A stretch of DNA of 64,000 nt from Fibrobacteria bacterium (GCA_050294405.1 JBNKOC010000016.1:160001-224000), one strand, 5' to 3'. Counted from the first letter of the stretch, positions 16,530-27,114 are shown. Notes: a model not told the origin generated them from the letters alone. Translations and numbers: made by a program.

Positions 16530-18887
16530 CTATGTATATTCGTTTAAAAACAAGGATTTTTTTGGGAAAGAGCGTTCGCCCTGAGGGTAGGGAAGCTCCC
16601 ATTCCGAAACTGGCTGTTTGTTAAGTTTACCTCCAAAAAATCGGGGCAATCTAAGTACTGTTTTCAAGGCGGGCATTAATTTGTTTTGTGTATAATCCCA
16701 TTTAAACAGCATTTCTTCATTATTCCAGGTTAAGTCATAGCTTAACATTCCAAAATTAGTGGCGGCATTTCTTATATTTATGGAACCTGGAATAGAAAAC
16801 CAGTTTTCAGGAACAGCGGCTGCGATAACTAATGTTTCACCTAGCTCTGTAACAAACATATCCCGTATGAGGTTGACATATTCTGCTGCAGCCCAACCGT
16901 GATCTCCATCTCCCATGCAGCCTCCACCTGTTATGGGATGGATAGCCTCGGGCCAGGTAAATGTTTCGGTGGCATGATCCAAAAGGGAGGAAACAATTTC
17001 CAAGGCCGCATTTTCATTTCCAACATGGATTTGAGCCTTTGCCAATTGAGCACTCAGATAGGGGTTTTTGCCAGTATGTATAATTTTTTGGAAAAATAAA
17101 TTGTTTTGTAAATTGTTTTTGGATAAAAATTCAAGAGTAGGCTTTACCCAGGGTTCCTCGGCTGTGAAAATACCAAGAGGTGTGATTCCGACTAAATTGC
17201 CTATGGAGGCGGAATCCAGCTTTCTATAAGGAGAGCAGGATAAGCCCTTTTCCTCGTTCCTCAAAAAACAATTGTCTATGGACTCTGAAATATCATTTAG
17301 ATATTGTTCGGTAAATTCAGCTATCCATTTATCGTGAGAAGAGTAATTGAGCTTTTTAATGGCGATGGAAAGTTTTTCAAGTCCGGCCAAACTCCAGAAA
17401 TTATCCCAATAATAGTGGTCATTTGGTCCAAAATGTTCCGCAGAAAATCCTGCGGGCAATAATCCGTAATGAGGTGAAGGTTGAGTCCGAGACTTTTTAC
17501 ACATGTTTTCAATCCATTTCGCTCCCTTTATTAATTTGGGCATATATTTTGATAATTTTTCTAAATCGGCTATACGCAAAAAATGGTTGACTACTGAAAA
17601 TAAAACCTGCCCATTGCTATCCCATTCACCATTTTGACTTTTAAAATATCCATCTCTGGATTGGAGCCCCATCCAATGGTTAAATTTTTTTTCCATTTTG
17701 TTGCTAAGTCCCGTATTTTCAAATGCCGTATTTATAAAAACGGAGTCACGTATCCAGTGGGTGTGGTATAGGAAAGTTCCAGGAGTGTAATATTCTCCAT
17801 CATCAAATACATGTAATCGATTGAGTATGGCGTTAAATGAGTTTTCTAACTTTTTATCTGGAATAGAAATTTGCATTTGGGTTTTGTTCGCAATTTCAAT
17901 TTGCTCTTTTAATGCCTGAATTAAATTTTTTGAGTTCTTACGGCGCTTTACATCAAACCTTGTTGGAGGTGGCGATTGCCTATGGAACAAAGTCCCAAAA
18001 GTTTCTATGGTTTTCTCTTCGTTTGGCTTTAAACTGATATCGTACTCAAATGAAGCTGATAAAATACCGGATTTCGAAAGTCGCTGAGTCTCTTTTGTAT
18101 CAGAGTATTTAGATGTTAAAGTATCTCCTGCCAACCTATTTGATATTTTTATTCTGTCGGGCTCTTCACCTAACAGTAGCCCCGGCATGCGATTTATACG
18201 CCATAATTTGTTTTTGTATTTAATCTTATTAATATGCCCTATGGTTAGGGGGTTATACGGTCTTAAAGACATACCAAATTTTAAGTTAATGGGTTTGTTT
18301 GACAGGTTTTTTATAAAATGTTGGTATACAATAATTTCTTCATCTTTATCCAAAGTTGCGGCGGTTTGCGAACTCCAATTTAATTGTGGAATAACCTTAT
18401 AATGAGTGTTCACAATTGGATATAAATGCTCTTCCAATTCCTGTGTGATATTCTTAGAAATTTTAGGTGGAAAGTATTGCTTTTCTTCAAAAGAGATGTA
18501 AGGAAAAACGGACCAGCCATAGGGTCTTAGGGTTAACATTCCCACAGGATCAATCATGGATTCATGTTTGCTTCCACCAATTCCCAATGAAGTCCAGTTT
18601 CTATGAGATAAATTTACGGTTAATAAATTTACGCCCGTGGGTATAAAACCAGGGTTAGATGGGTTTTGCTGGGATTCAATCCAAAAGGGCCATATCCAAT
18701 CCAAATTACTTTGAATGGCCATGGTATTGTTAAGGCCGGATAAAATCAAACCCAACCCCTGGTCTATTAACTCTTCGGGGAATAAAGTTTCGCTGGGGCG
18801 ACCGATGTTAACCAGCCCATCAAGAAAGGGAATTAAAAACTTCTTGCGGGCGAGGCTAAGGTATAATTTAAATAGCTTTTCTTTCAA
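16530..18887 (-). CDS. six-hairpin (alpha/alpha)6 glycosidase-like protein
   Basis: HWIRDS, GEWDSNGQ, GLLPAGFSAEH, YYWDNFWSLAGL, TWPEAIHP, GDGDHGWAAAE; TTG start. Confidence 0.65.
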   Translation of the reverse strand: MKEKLFKLYLSLARKKFLIPFLDGLVNIGRPSETLFPEELIDQGLGLILSGLNNTMAIQSNLDWIWPFWIESQQNPSNPGFIPTGVNLLTVNLSHRNWTSLGIGGSKHESMIDPVGMLTLRPYGWSVFPYISFEEKQYFPPKISKNITQELEEHLYPIVNTHYKVIPQLNWSSQTAATLDKDEEIIVYQHFIKNLSNKPINLKFGMSLRPYNPLTIGHINKIKYKNKLWRINRMPGLLLGEEPDRIKISNRLAGDTLTSKYSDTKETQRLSKSGILSASFEYDISLKPNEEKTIETFGTLFHRQSPPPTRFDVKRRKNSKNLIQALKEQIEIANKTQMQISIPDKKLENSFNAILNRLHVFDDGEYYTPGTFLYHTHWIRDSVFINTAFENTGLSNKMEKKFNHWMGLQSRDGYFKSQNGEWDSNGQVLFSVVNHFLRIADLEKLSKYMPKLIKGAKWIENMCKKSRTQPSPHYGLLPAGFSAEHFGPNDHYYWDNFWSLAGLEKLSIAIKKLNYSSHDKWIAEFTEQYLNDISESIDNCFLRNEEKGLSCSPYRKLDSASIGNLVGITPLGIFTAEEPWVKPTLEFLSKNNLQNNLFFQKIIHTGKNPYLSAQLAKAQIHVGNENAALEIVSSLLDHATETFTWPEAIHPITGGGCMGDGDHGWAAAEYVNLIRDMFVTELGETLVIAAAVPENWFSIPGSINIRNAATNFGMLSYDLTWNNEEMLFKWDYTQNKLMPALKTVLRLPRFFGGKLNKQPVSEWELPYPQGERSFPKKSLFLNEYT

Positions 18888-19020
18888 AATAATTTTTCTA
18901 TAATAAGTTTATCTAAATAAAGGGATGTTTGCTGTTCGAAACAATGATATCCGGGAAATCCACGGCTTTGAAATGAAATTGAAAAACCAACGAATTGTAA
19001 TCTTAACACTTTCCTAACAA

Positions 19021-19557
19021 ATGGCTGTTCAACTAATACTTTTGCGCCATGCTCATTCCCAGCAGGATTATAAACCACATTTGGATTTTTATCGCAATCT
19101 CACTAAAAAAGGTTATTGCGATATATGTAGTATTGCCGAAAATCAGGCCATTAACTTAGCTGATTTGGAATGTATTTATTGCAGCCATTCCGTCCGTACT
19201 GTAGAAACAAGTTTTGCTTTATTGCAAAATATCAATCCCAAAAACTGGCCCAAAACCATTATTAAAGAAATGATCTACACAGATAATTCACTGGAAACAT
19301 ATTTTAAAATTATTAGTGAAGTGCCCTCAAAATTTAGCCGCGTTCTTATTGTGGGCCATAATCCCGGATTGTCGAACTTTATTTCTTATTTATGGCCAGA
19401 ATTTCCCGGCCGTTTTCCAACCTCCGGCCTTGTATATATTGCCGCCTCCAGCTGGAAATCTCTCCTCAAGTCAGATGGAATTATTGAAAAATTTGTTTTT
19501 AACGACCGAAAAAAAGAACTGGAAAAGAATTACATGCGTTTTTTGAAACAGGTTTGA
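19021..19557 (+). CDS. sixA: histidine phosphatase, SixA family
   Basis: LILLRHA, LTKKG, CSHSVRTVET, LIVGHNPGL, FPTSG. Confidence 0.8.
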   Translation: MAVQLILLRHAHSQQDYKPHLDFYRNLTKKGYCDICSIAENQAINLADLECIYCSHSVRTVETSFALLQNINPKNWPKTIIKEMIYTDNSLETYFKIISEVPSKFSRVLIVGHNPGLSNFISYLWPEFPGRFPTSGLVYIAASSWKSLLKSDGIIEKFVFNDRKKELEKNYMRFLKQV

Positions 19558-19597
19558 AACATAAATATTTCGTGGGTTGTTAGATTTATTTGATTAT

Positions 19598-21679
19598 ATG
19601 AAAAGTCAAATAAGTTATATCAACAAAGAAATCAGCTGGCTTTCCTTTAACGGTAGGGTATTGCAGGAAGCTGAAAATCCATCCGTTCCATTAATGGAGA
19701 GGTTAAAGTTCCTCAGTATTTTTTCCTCCAATATGGACGAATTTTATAAAGTTCGGGTAGCCACGCTGAACCGTTTAGCTAAATTAGGAAAGTCCGCAGT
19801 TAAACTCATAGGGGAAGACCCTGAATTAATTCTTAAAAAAATTAGAGAAATTGCCGCTGAGCAGCAAAAGAAATTTGATAAAGCTTTCCATTCTCTCATA
19901 AAGGAGTTGGGCAATGCTGGAATCAACTTGATTAATGAAACACAGTTAAATCCAGATCAAGAAGTTTATACTAAAAATCTGTTTCACCGAACGATTCGCC
20001 CTAAGTTATTCCCAATCATAGTCTCCGATTTAAAAGATTTTCCTGATTTAAGAGATGGCTATTTGTATTTGGGAGTGTGTTTACATTTTGAGGATAACTC
20101 AAAAGTCTCTTATTGTCTTTTGGAAATTCCCACTGATGTTTTACCCAGGTTTGTAATTCTTCCCAAGGTAGGGCGCACTCACCAGGTGATTCTGCTAGAG
20201 GATGTTATTAGAAGGCGATTGGCCGATATTTTTAGTGTTTTCCATTTATCAAAAATTGAATCTTATGTTGTAAAAATTACCAGAGATGCGGAATTGGATA
20301 TTAGCGCCGATTTATCTCAAAGTATTGTCAATAAAATATCTAAAAGTTTAAAACAAAGAAAAGAAGGAAATGCAGTAAGATTTTTATACGAAAAGGGAAT
20401 ACCAGATGATTTTTTGCAATTCATATGCAAGAAATTAAAAATTAAAAATTCCGATGCCTTAATAGAAGGCGGGAGAAATCATAACATCAAAGATTTCATG
20501 AGTTTTCCCATTTTAGGAAGAAATAGTTTCCATTATAAAAATGAAAAACCCATTCCTTATCCAGATTTTGACAATAGTCCCAGTTTAATCGAAATTATTG
20601 AAAAGAAAGATGTATTACTCCATTATCCTTACCACTCCTTTGATTATGTAATTGATTTATTGAGAGAAGCATCTATTCATCCAGATGTTGTCTCCATAAA
20701 AATTACTTTATACAGAGTGGCAAAAAATTCCAGCGTGGTTAATGCGTTAATTAATGCCATACGAAATGGAAAAAGAGTACTGGTTTGCATGGAACTTCAA
20801 GCCCGTTTTGATGAAGAAGCCAATATATATTGGGCGAATAAATTAAAGGAAGAAGGGGCCGAACTTGTTTTTGGTTTTCCCGGACTAAAAATACATGGAA
20901 AAACCTGTCTTATAACCATGCAAAACCGAAATGCAAAAAAGAAAGTTGGAATCATCGGCACGGGAAATTTTAATGAAGTAACCAGCAAATTATATGGAGA
21001 TCATCATTTGTTTACATGCAAGCCGCAAATTACAAATGACATATCTACTTTTTTTAGCATTATCAATCCCAAATTTATTATTCCAAATTTTAGGCATCTG
21101 GTGGTTTCCCCCTACAATACCCGAAACAAAATTCAAAAATTAATTCGACGGGAGATAAAAAATGCGAAGAAAGGGGGGGAAGCTTATATAAAAATAAAGC
21201 TGAACAACCTTACAGATTACAACACCATTAAAATGTTATATCAGGCAAGTAAAGCCGGAGTTAAAATACAACTAGCGGTGCGAGGTATGTTTTCCCTGGT
21301 GCCGCAGGTTAAGGGCTTAAGTGAGAACATTGAGGCTATTGGAATTATTGACAGGTATTTGGAACACTCCAGAATTTTCGTATTTGCAAATGGGGGGAAA
21401 CCCGAAGTTTTTATTACATCATCTGATTTGATGCCCAGGAATCTTGATCATAGGCTAGAAATAACAACTCCCATTTTTGATGAAAAATTGAAGCTGGAAC
21501 TGATGGAATATTTTAATTTACAATTTAGGGACAATCAAAAAGCCAGGCTTTTGAACGATCTCAATAAAAATGAAATTAAAATTCCTGAAAAAGGGGAAAA
21601 AAAGATTCGGTTTCAATGGGAAATAAGAAAAATATTAAATCAAGCCTCCAAAGAAAAATTCAAAATCAACCACAATTAA
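19598..21679 (+). CDS. ppk: polyphosphate kinase 1
   Basis: NKEISWLSFNGRVLQEA, SSNMDEFYKVRV, LLHYPYHSF, ELQARFDEEAN, KIHGK, GTGNFNE, DRYLEHSR, DLMPRNLDHRLE. ATG at 19598 chosen over TTG at 19577. Confidence 0.97.
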   Translation: MKSQISYINKEISWLSFNGRVLQEAENPSVPLMERLKFLSIFSSNMDEFYKVRVATLNRLAKLGKSAVKLIGEDPELILKKIREIAAEQQKKFDKAFHSLIKELGNAGINLINETQLNPDQEVYTKNLFHRTIRPKLFPIIVSDLKDFPDLRDGYLYLGVCLHFEDNSKVSYCLLEIPTDVLPRFVILPKVGRTHQVILLEDVIRRRLADIFSVFHLSKIESYVVKITRDAELDISADLSQSIVNKISKSLKQRKEGNAVRFLYEKGIPDDFLQFICKKLKIKNSDALIEGGRNHNIKDFMSFPILGRNSFHYKNEKPIPYPDFDNSPSLIEIIEKKDVLLHYPYHSFDYVIDLLREASIHPDVVSIKITLYRVAKNSSVVNALINAIRNGKRVLVCMELQARFDEEANIYWANKLKEEGAELVFGFPGLKIHGKTCLITMQNRNAKKKVGIIGTGNFNEVTSKLYGDHHLFTCKPQITNDISTFFSIINPKFIIPNFRHLVVSPYNTRNKIQKLIRREIKNAKKGGEAYIKIKLNNLTDYNTIKMLYQASKAGVKIQLAVRGMFSLVPQVKGLSENIEAIGIIDRYLEHSRIFVFANGGKPEVFITSSDLMPRNLDHRLEITTPIFDEKLKLELMEYFNLQFRDNQKARLLNDLNKNEIKIPEKGEKKIRFQWEIRKILNQASKEKFKINHN

Positions 21680-22566
21680 GGTTCGCAGCCATTGATGTGG
21701 GTTCTAACGCAGTTCGTTTACTTTTATCTCGTGTTATTTATACCAAAAAACAGTGGGTATATAACAAAGATTGTTTGGTGCGAATTCCACTTCGATTGGG
21801 AGAAGATGTTTTTACCAATGGTAAAATTAGTGCAAAAAAAATCACGCAGCTGTGCGAGGTTATGGAGGGGTTCAAGCATATTATTAAATTTTATAAGCCC
21901 TTAGATTTGATGGCATGCGCTACTTCAGCCATGCGGGATGCCAGTAATCAAAAAGCTGTCCTGGCTAAAATTAGGGATAAATCCGGTATTCCTCTCAAAA
22001 TTATTTCAGGAAAAAAAGAAGCAGAAATTATTTACTCCAATCATATTGAGAAACTCTTAAAGAAAAATAAACATTATCTATATATTGATGTTGGGGGAGG
22101 CAGCACAGAATTAACGCTTTTTAGTGGAACAAAACCCAAACATTCCAATTCCTTTAATTTAGGTACGGTTAGAATATTAAAAAATAAAGATAAGGAGTCG
22201 GAGTGGGAGCGTTTAATTGAATGGGTGGAAAGCTTGGTTGGGCCCCAAAAATCTGTGGTTGGAATCGCCAGTGGCGGAAATATTAATAAGTTGGTGAATC
22301 TGGCGAAAAGCAAGGCCAATAAAAATATTAGCTATTCCATGCTCAAAAAGCTTTATGGGGAATTAAGCGCCCTTTCTACTGTGGATAGGATGGTAAAATA
22401 TAAGTTGAGAGAAGATAGGGCGGATGTTATTGTGCCAGCGGCTAAAATATTTTTAACCATAATGGAGTATGGCCATATATCAGAGCTAATCGTGCCTGTT
22501 GTGGGGCTGTCCGATGGATTGGTGCATCTAATGCACGAAAAGATTTCACCTGAATTAAAGAATTAG
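21616..22566 (+). CDS. ppx: exopolyphosphatase Ppx/GppA
   Basis: AAIDVGSNAVRL, CATSAMRDASN, IDVGGGSTE, GTVR, DRADVIVPA. Exact start uncertain because it overlaps ppk. Confidence 0.93.
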   Translation: MGNKKNIKSSLQRKIQNQPQLRFAAIDVGSNAVRLLLSRVIYTKKQWVYNKDCLVRIPLRLGEDVFTNGKISAKKITQLCEVMEGFKHIIKFYKPLDLMACATSAMRDASNQKAVLAKIRDKSGIPLKIISGKKEAEIIYSNHIEKLLKKNKHYLYIDVGGGSTELTLFSGTKPKHSNSFNLGTVRILKNKDKESEWERLIEWVESLVGPQKSVVGIASGGNINKLVNLAKSKANKNISYSMLKKLYGELSALSTVDRMVKYKLREDRADVIVPAAKIFLTIMEYGHISELIVPVVGLSDGLVHLMHEKISPELKN

Positions 22567-22573
22567 TTTTGAA

Positions 22574-25099
22574 TTAATTTTTTAAGCAGCGAACGCTGTA
22601 CCCATCGGACTTTCTTGAAGAACTCTGTACAAATTGAGGCCCAGAACTGTTTAAAGTGTATAAGAAGGCCCTAACCCCATTCTGCGCTTCACTGGTCCAA
22701 AAACCAGTTTCCACGTTTAAGCCGGAAAATTCGTTGGTATTAGTATTAAATCCGGCTGGAAGTGCATTAAAGGAAAAAACATTGCTTCCATTTTGATTGT
22801 TATTCCATCCGGAAATAGATTTAAGGGCATCTCCCTCTCTTCCGGCGTAACCTTGAGAAGAAATGTAGTTTGTCAAATCGTCCCACTCAGAGCGAGAAGG
22901 CAAATGCCAGCCCTCGGGGCAAATATCATTCCCATTCGCATTTTGGCTGGAGATACTTATATCCCAGGTATATAATCTTCCATATACATCGCAATTATTG
23001 GAATTATTTGAATAGCACCAGGATTGTTGACTTGGGTCTTCATAATTTAAATTTTCAGCCATCCATTCCTGTGTACCTATTGCAATGGTATTATAGGATT
23101 GCCCGTCTCTTGCATCCATAATTTGGTTATAGCTAATAATGGTTACAATTGCAATGTTACTTGTATCCGAGCTGATACCATCTGAAACAATACAAAAATA
23201 TTCGTTATTGTTATCCGTTTCGTCTACAGGCCCAATTTGCAGCTGATTGGAATTGCCACCTGAAACGGGGCTGTTGTTTAAATACCACTGGTAATTTAAT
23301 CCCGAACCGGAAGCAACTACGGTAAAGATATGGTTTGCTCCGGATATTAGGTTTACACTTTGGGGCTCTTGATTTATTTGTACCTGGGTTGTTATGTTTA
23401 GCAGAGCGGCAAGGCTTGTATCTGCTCCATAATTATTGGATATTATGCAACGATAAATGTCCCCATCATTTGTTATATCTACAGGCCCAATTTGAAGTTG
23501 GTTGGAATTCGCAGATGCTATATTTAAACCATTTAGTTGCCATTGATAAGATAGATTACTCCCTTCGGCGCTGATTTCCAGGGTTTGACTGGTTCCTGGC
23601 ATTAAAGAAAGGGAACCGGGTGAGATTAAAACTTTAGGAGCCACGAACACTTCCAATAGAGCGGAAGAACTGGTGTCGTTACCTGATCCATTGCTAACAA
23701 TACATCGGAAAACAGATCCCGAGTCATTGGAAGAAATATTTTCCAAGTTTAATACATCGGATGTTTCTCCATTTAAATCAACTCCGTTTTTCTGCCAAAG
23801 AAAACTTAAATTATCTCCTTCAACCTGGACCTCAAAACTAGCGCTTTCCCCTTTAAGGGCCTCCACATTTTCGGGTTCAGAAATGATGTTCGGAGGCAGG
23901 ATGCCAACTTCAATGCTGGCCGCTTTTGAGGTATCGCTTCCAAAATCATTGGATACTATGCAAAACAGCTCTGAACCGGAATCTTTTGTCCCCAAATTGT
24001 ATAAAACTAATTGGTCGCTCGTCGCACTATCAATAATGACATCATTTAGTACCCACACATATTGAAGATCTTCGCCCAAGGCAATAACCTTAAAAGTTAC
24101 GCTATCTCCTTCAATTCCAGAGAAGTTTGCCGGATTATTAGTAATGAGGGGCGCATCCCCCAACGTTTCTACCATAAATTCCAGGCTTATAGTATCCTTG
24201 GCGTCATTGTTATCGTAAATTTCAATTACAATGCTGATGCTCCCTATATCGCTATCCTGCGGGGTCCAACTAAAAACTCCTTTGTCCAGAGATGCGCTTT
24301 GAGGGGCCTGCAATACAGACCAGTTCACGCTATCCCCATCTACATCTTCATAAAATAAACTGGCCTTAAATTCTATGTTACTTACAAGGGTTGTTGGAAA
24401 ATCATCTGGTTTTGAAATGAAAATAGGGGTGTGATTTGTATCCAGTATTTGAAAGTTCCAAATCAGGGTATCCCAATTTTTTTTCTGGGAATCAGTTAGA
24501 AAAATCACATAACTTTGCTCTCCTAACAGCTCTTCTGTGGGCTGAAAGAATATGGAATCTTTTTTGATGATTAGGTCATTTACATCTGTTTGCAGGCCAA
24601 TGCCATCGAGTTCATAATCATTAAACTCTATCCAAAATTTAAATATTTCACCCAAGCTAAGTGTATCAGGAAAGTCTTCTGCTTTGGTAATAAATTCCGG
24701 AAACTTATCCTGGTTGTTGATTTTTTGTACAAGAGAAGAATCTAATTTAATGACACTAACGCTTTCTAATTCTTTTTTGGCATCATTTAGTTCAAACTCT
24801 TCTGATTCCTCATATATCTTTATGCCTTTTGAAAAAGCCGTGTAACTCAATTTTATTTCGTCGCTCTGCTTGGCATTGAAAACAATGCTAACCACATTTT
24901 TGCTAATATCTTCTTTGTGGTACATTTTTTGAAGGATGGTATCTCCATTGGCCCTCACGGTGACCTCAACGCTATCTATGCTAACATCTTCATTTTCGCT
25001 TTGAATTTTTAAATCGTAAATATATTGAACATCATCCTCGTTATTCATCAGGCAGGAGGTTAAAATTAGGGTTATTAGGAGGTATATGTAGGGTTTCAT
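22574..25099 (-). CDS. surface lipoprotein with cadherin/Ig-like repeats and a C-terminal FISUMP (Fib_succ_major) domain
   Basis: Lipobox LTSC; four Ig repeats ((Y/F)xW...CIVSN..GxDTS); C-terminal DARDGQSY..IGTQEWMAENLNY, YGRLYTW, ICPEGWHLPS, GYSVRCLK. Confidence 0.9.
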   Translation of the reverse strand: MKPYIYLLITLILTSCLMNNEDDVQYIYDLKIQSENEDVSIDSVEVTVRANGDTILQKMYHKEDISKNVVSIVFNAKQSDEIKLSYTAFSKGIKIYEESEEFELNDAKKELESVSVIKLDSSLVQKINNQDKFPEFITKAEDFPDTLSLGEIFKFWIEFNDYELDGIGLQTDVNDLIIKKDSIFFQPTEELLGEQSYVIFLTDSQKKNWDTLIWNFQILDTNHTPIFISKPDDFPTTLVSNIEFKASLFYEDVDGDSVNWSVLQAPQSASLDKGVFSWTPQDSDIGSISIVIEIYDNNDAKDTISLEFMVETLGDAPLITNNPANFSGIEGDSVTFKVIALGEDLQYVWVLNDVIIDSATSDQLVLYNLGTKDSGSELFCIVSNDFGSDTSKAASIEVGILPPNIISEPENVEALKGESASFEVQVEGDNLSFLWQKNGVDLNGETSDVLNLENISSNDSGSVFRCIVSNGSGNDTSSSALLEVFVAPKVLISPGSLSLMPGTSQTLEISAEGSNLSYQWQLNGLNIASANSNQLQIGPVDITNDGDIYRCIISNNYGADTSLAALLNITTQVQINQEPQSVNLISGANHIFTVVASGSGLNYQWYLNNSPVSGGNSNQLQIGPVDETDNNNEYFCIVSDGISSDTSNIAIVTIISYNQIMDARDGQSYNTIAIGTQEWMAENLNYEDPSQQSWCYSNNSNNCDVYGRLYTWDISISSQNANGNDICPEGWHLPSRSEWDDLTNYISSQGYAGREGDALKSISGWNNNQNGSNVFSFNALPAGFNTNTNEFSGLNVETGFWTSEAQNGVRAFLYTLNSSGPQFVQSSSRKSDGYSVRCLKN

Positions 25100-25102
25100 T
25101 TT

Positions 25103-25858
25103 TTATTCCAAGACAACTTCGCGGCTCATATTTATTTTGGGCGTGGAGCTTTCTTTTGGAATAAAATACCAGGCCGCGACGGCGATACCTGCCAGGGCAG
25201 AGGAACCACCTGTGACCCAAATCCATGCTGAAGAGCCCGATTTTTCAGCAGTTTCTTTGGGAGCGCCTTTAGGATTTTGCATTTTTCGTCTGACTATAAA
25301 GCTGGAAGGTTTCTGTTTATTTTCTTCCCCTATTTTTTTGCGGCCAACAACATGAGCTACCAATTGCTCAAGTTCTTGTTTTAAGTTTGGAGTGTCATGA
25401 ACATTTACCAACTTGCTTTTGTAACGAATAACAGAACCACTTGGTGATTCAAGCCAGCGCAGTTCCACATTCCAATTTTTTCCATTAGGTGTAACTTGGC
25501 TATAAAGAACCCGCTGAGATTGAACCTGGCGTCCCACTTCCAAAATGCAGGATAAATCCAGACAAATAGAAGTTTCATCGCCGTAATACATGGAGGTCCG
25601 GTTGATAGTTGCACTATCCGCAGCAAGTTCCACTTTGCCGTATTTTGGCAAAATACCAATTAACTTATCCCTCAAAGAAAAGGGAAGGATTTTATTGTCA
25701 TTGGTATTGATGGTGGGAGCCACCCAAACTTTGAGTGGAGCAGAGGCTTTATTTCCCGAAAGGAAGGCCGGTTTTTTGGCAGCTTGTAAAATGTTAATGT
25801 TAGCAACAAGAATAAAGGCTCCGAATAGGAATAATGGATTATATGGCTTTTGGCGCAT
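25103..25858 (-). CDS. exported hypothetical protein with C-terminal membrane anchor
   Basis: Signal-like N-terminus, CLDLSCILEVGR motif, C-terminal WIWVTGG...AVAAWY segment; 3 nt from the FISUMP gene. Confidence 0.65.
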   Translation of the reverse strand: MRQKPYNPLFLFGAFILVANINILQAAKKPAFLSGNKASAPLKVWVAPTINTNDNKILPFSLRDKLIGILPKYGKVELAADSATINRTSMYYGDETSICLDLSCILEVGRQVQSQRVLYSQVTPNGKNWNVELRWLESPSGSVIRYKSKLVNVHDTPNLKQELEQLVAHVVGRKKIGEENKQKPSSFIVRRKMQNPKGAPKETAEKSGSSAWIWVTGGSSALAGIAVAAWYFIPKESSTPKINMSREVVLE

Positions 25859-26041
25859 AATGGCTTTTTTGGCTAAAATGAAATTCTAAATTCGCGCTGA
25901 TTTAATTCTACTATTATTATTTTTAGCCTTGCAATTTCCTTTTTCTTTTTTCTTTTCCCGGAAAAGCGTTTAATTTCTTACTTTTTCAAGAAATTGTTTT
26001 GCCTTTCGCCAAAGGTATTTTTAGCTCCGGAGGAGAAGAAA

Positions 26042-26524
26042 ATGGTCATTGAAAAAAATAGCGTCGTATCCATCCATTATACTTTAAAAGACGATAATGG
26101 GGAAATTATCGAATCCACTACTGGGGCAGAACCTTTCACCTATTTACATGCGGATATGGGACTTATTCAGGGATTAAAGGAATCGTTAAATGGAAGGTCT
26201 GTAGGAGATAAATTTTCTGTAACTGTGCCTCCTGAAATGGGTTATGGTCAGTATAATGATCAAAATATCCACAAGGTACCACCCGAAACTTTTAAGGAAG
26301 TGGAAAATCTGGAAGTGGGTATGTCCTTTACCATGACTGACCAAAATGGCGGGCATCATAGGATGCAAGTAAAGGAGCTGGGGTCCGATTCTGTTACTTT
26401 AGACGGCAATCATCCCCTGGCTGGTAAAACTCTAAATTTCGATGTTTCTGTGGAAGATATTCGCGAAGCCACCGAAGAGGAAATAAGCCATGGCCATGTT
26501 CATCATCCCGGCCATGAGCATTAG
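26042..26524 (+). CDS. slyD: FKBP-type peptidyl-prolyl isomerase SlyD
   Basis: VVSIHYTLKD, PFTYLH, VPPEMGYG, DGNHPLAGKTLNFDV, IREATEEEISHGHVH plus His tail; ATG at 26042 behind GGAGGAG. Confidence 0.95.
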   Translation: MVIEKNSVVSIHYTLKDDNGEIIESTTGAEPFTYLHADMGLIQGLKESLNGRSVGDKFSVTVPPEMGYGQYNDQNIHKVPPETFKEVENLEVGMSFTMTDQNGGHHRMQVKELGSDSVTLDGNHPLAGKTLNFDVSVEDIREATEEEISHGHVHHPGHEH

Positions 26525-26547
26525 AGAATAGTAAAAATCACCTTTAA

Positions 26548-27114
26548 TTAATTCTCAAAAAGTCTTGAGAAAAACTCCAGGGGCTCTTCTGGAGTTTTTT
26601 TTTGGATGGCTTGTTCCGTCCATTGGCCAATGGGATTATAGCTGGCCAAATGCTGGGCCAAATGGCTATGCAAACATTTTACAGAATTAAAGTCTTCCAT
26701 GCCGCTGATACCCCGTTTTTCAAATACATTTTCTAACCCTAAAGTTTTTAAAATTTGCTTTTGTTCCGGGTTTATATGTTTTTCCCGCTCCCTCTGGTAT
26801 TGACGATGCGCCTTATTTAATGCCAAACGCAATGAATGGAATTCCTCAATTGCCTTTTCAATTTGAGTGATGTATCCATTTGATTCCAATAGGGAAACTT
26901 CATGTATATCTATAGGGTTGACTAACCAATATAATGTTGAAAATGGTTTGTTTCTTATAACGGCAGCACAACGGATAACCCTTGGCATTCCAGAATTGTC
27001 CCTTGCACAAACCTCTTCTACGCCCTCTATTTTTTTGGGCATAACCGAATAAATGTATTCCGTATCCTTACTGGAAATCTTGATAGGGTTTTTTGAATGA
27101 GATTTGTCTAACAT
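26548..27114 (-). CDS. DUF501 domain protein
   Basis: PFSTLYWLVNP, VSLLESNG, GISG, VKCLHSHLAQHLA..NPIG. Confidence 0.8.
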   Translation of the reverse strand: MLDKSHSKNPIKISSKDTEYIYSVMPKKIEGVEEVCARDNSGMPRVIRCAAVIRNKPFSTLYWLVNPIDIHEVSLLESNGYITQIEKAIEEFHSLRLALNKAHRQYQREREKHINPEQKQILKTLGLENVFEKRGISGMEDFNSVKCLHSHLAQHLASYNPIGQWTEQAIQKKTPEEPLEFFSRLFEN

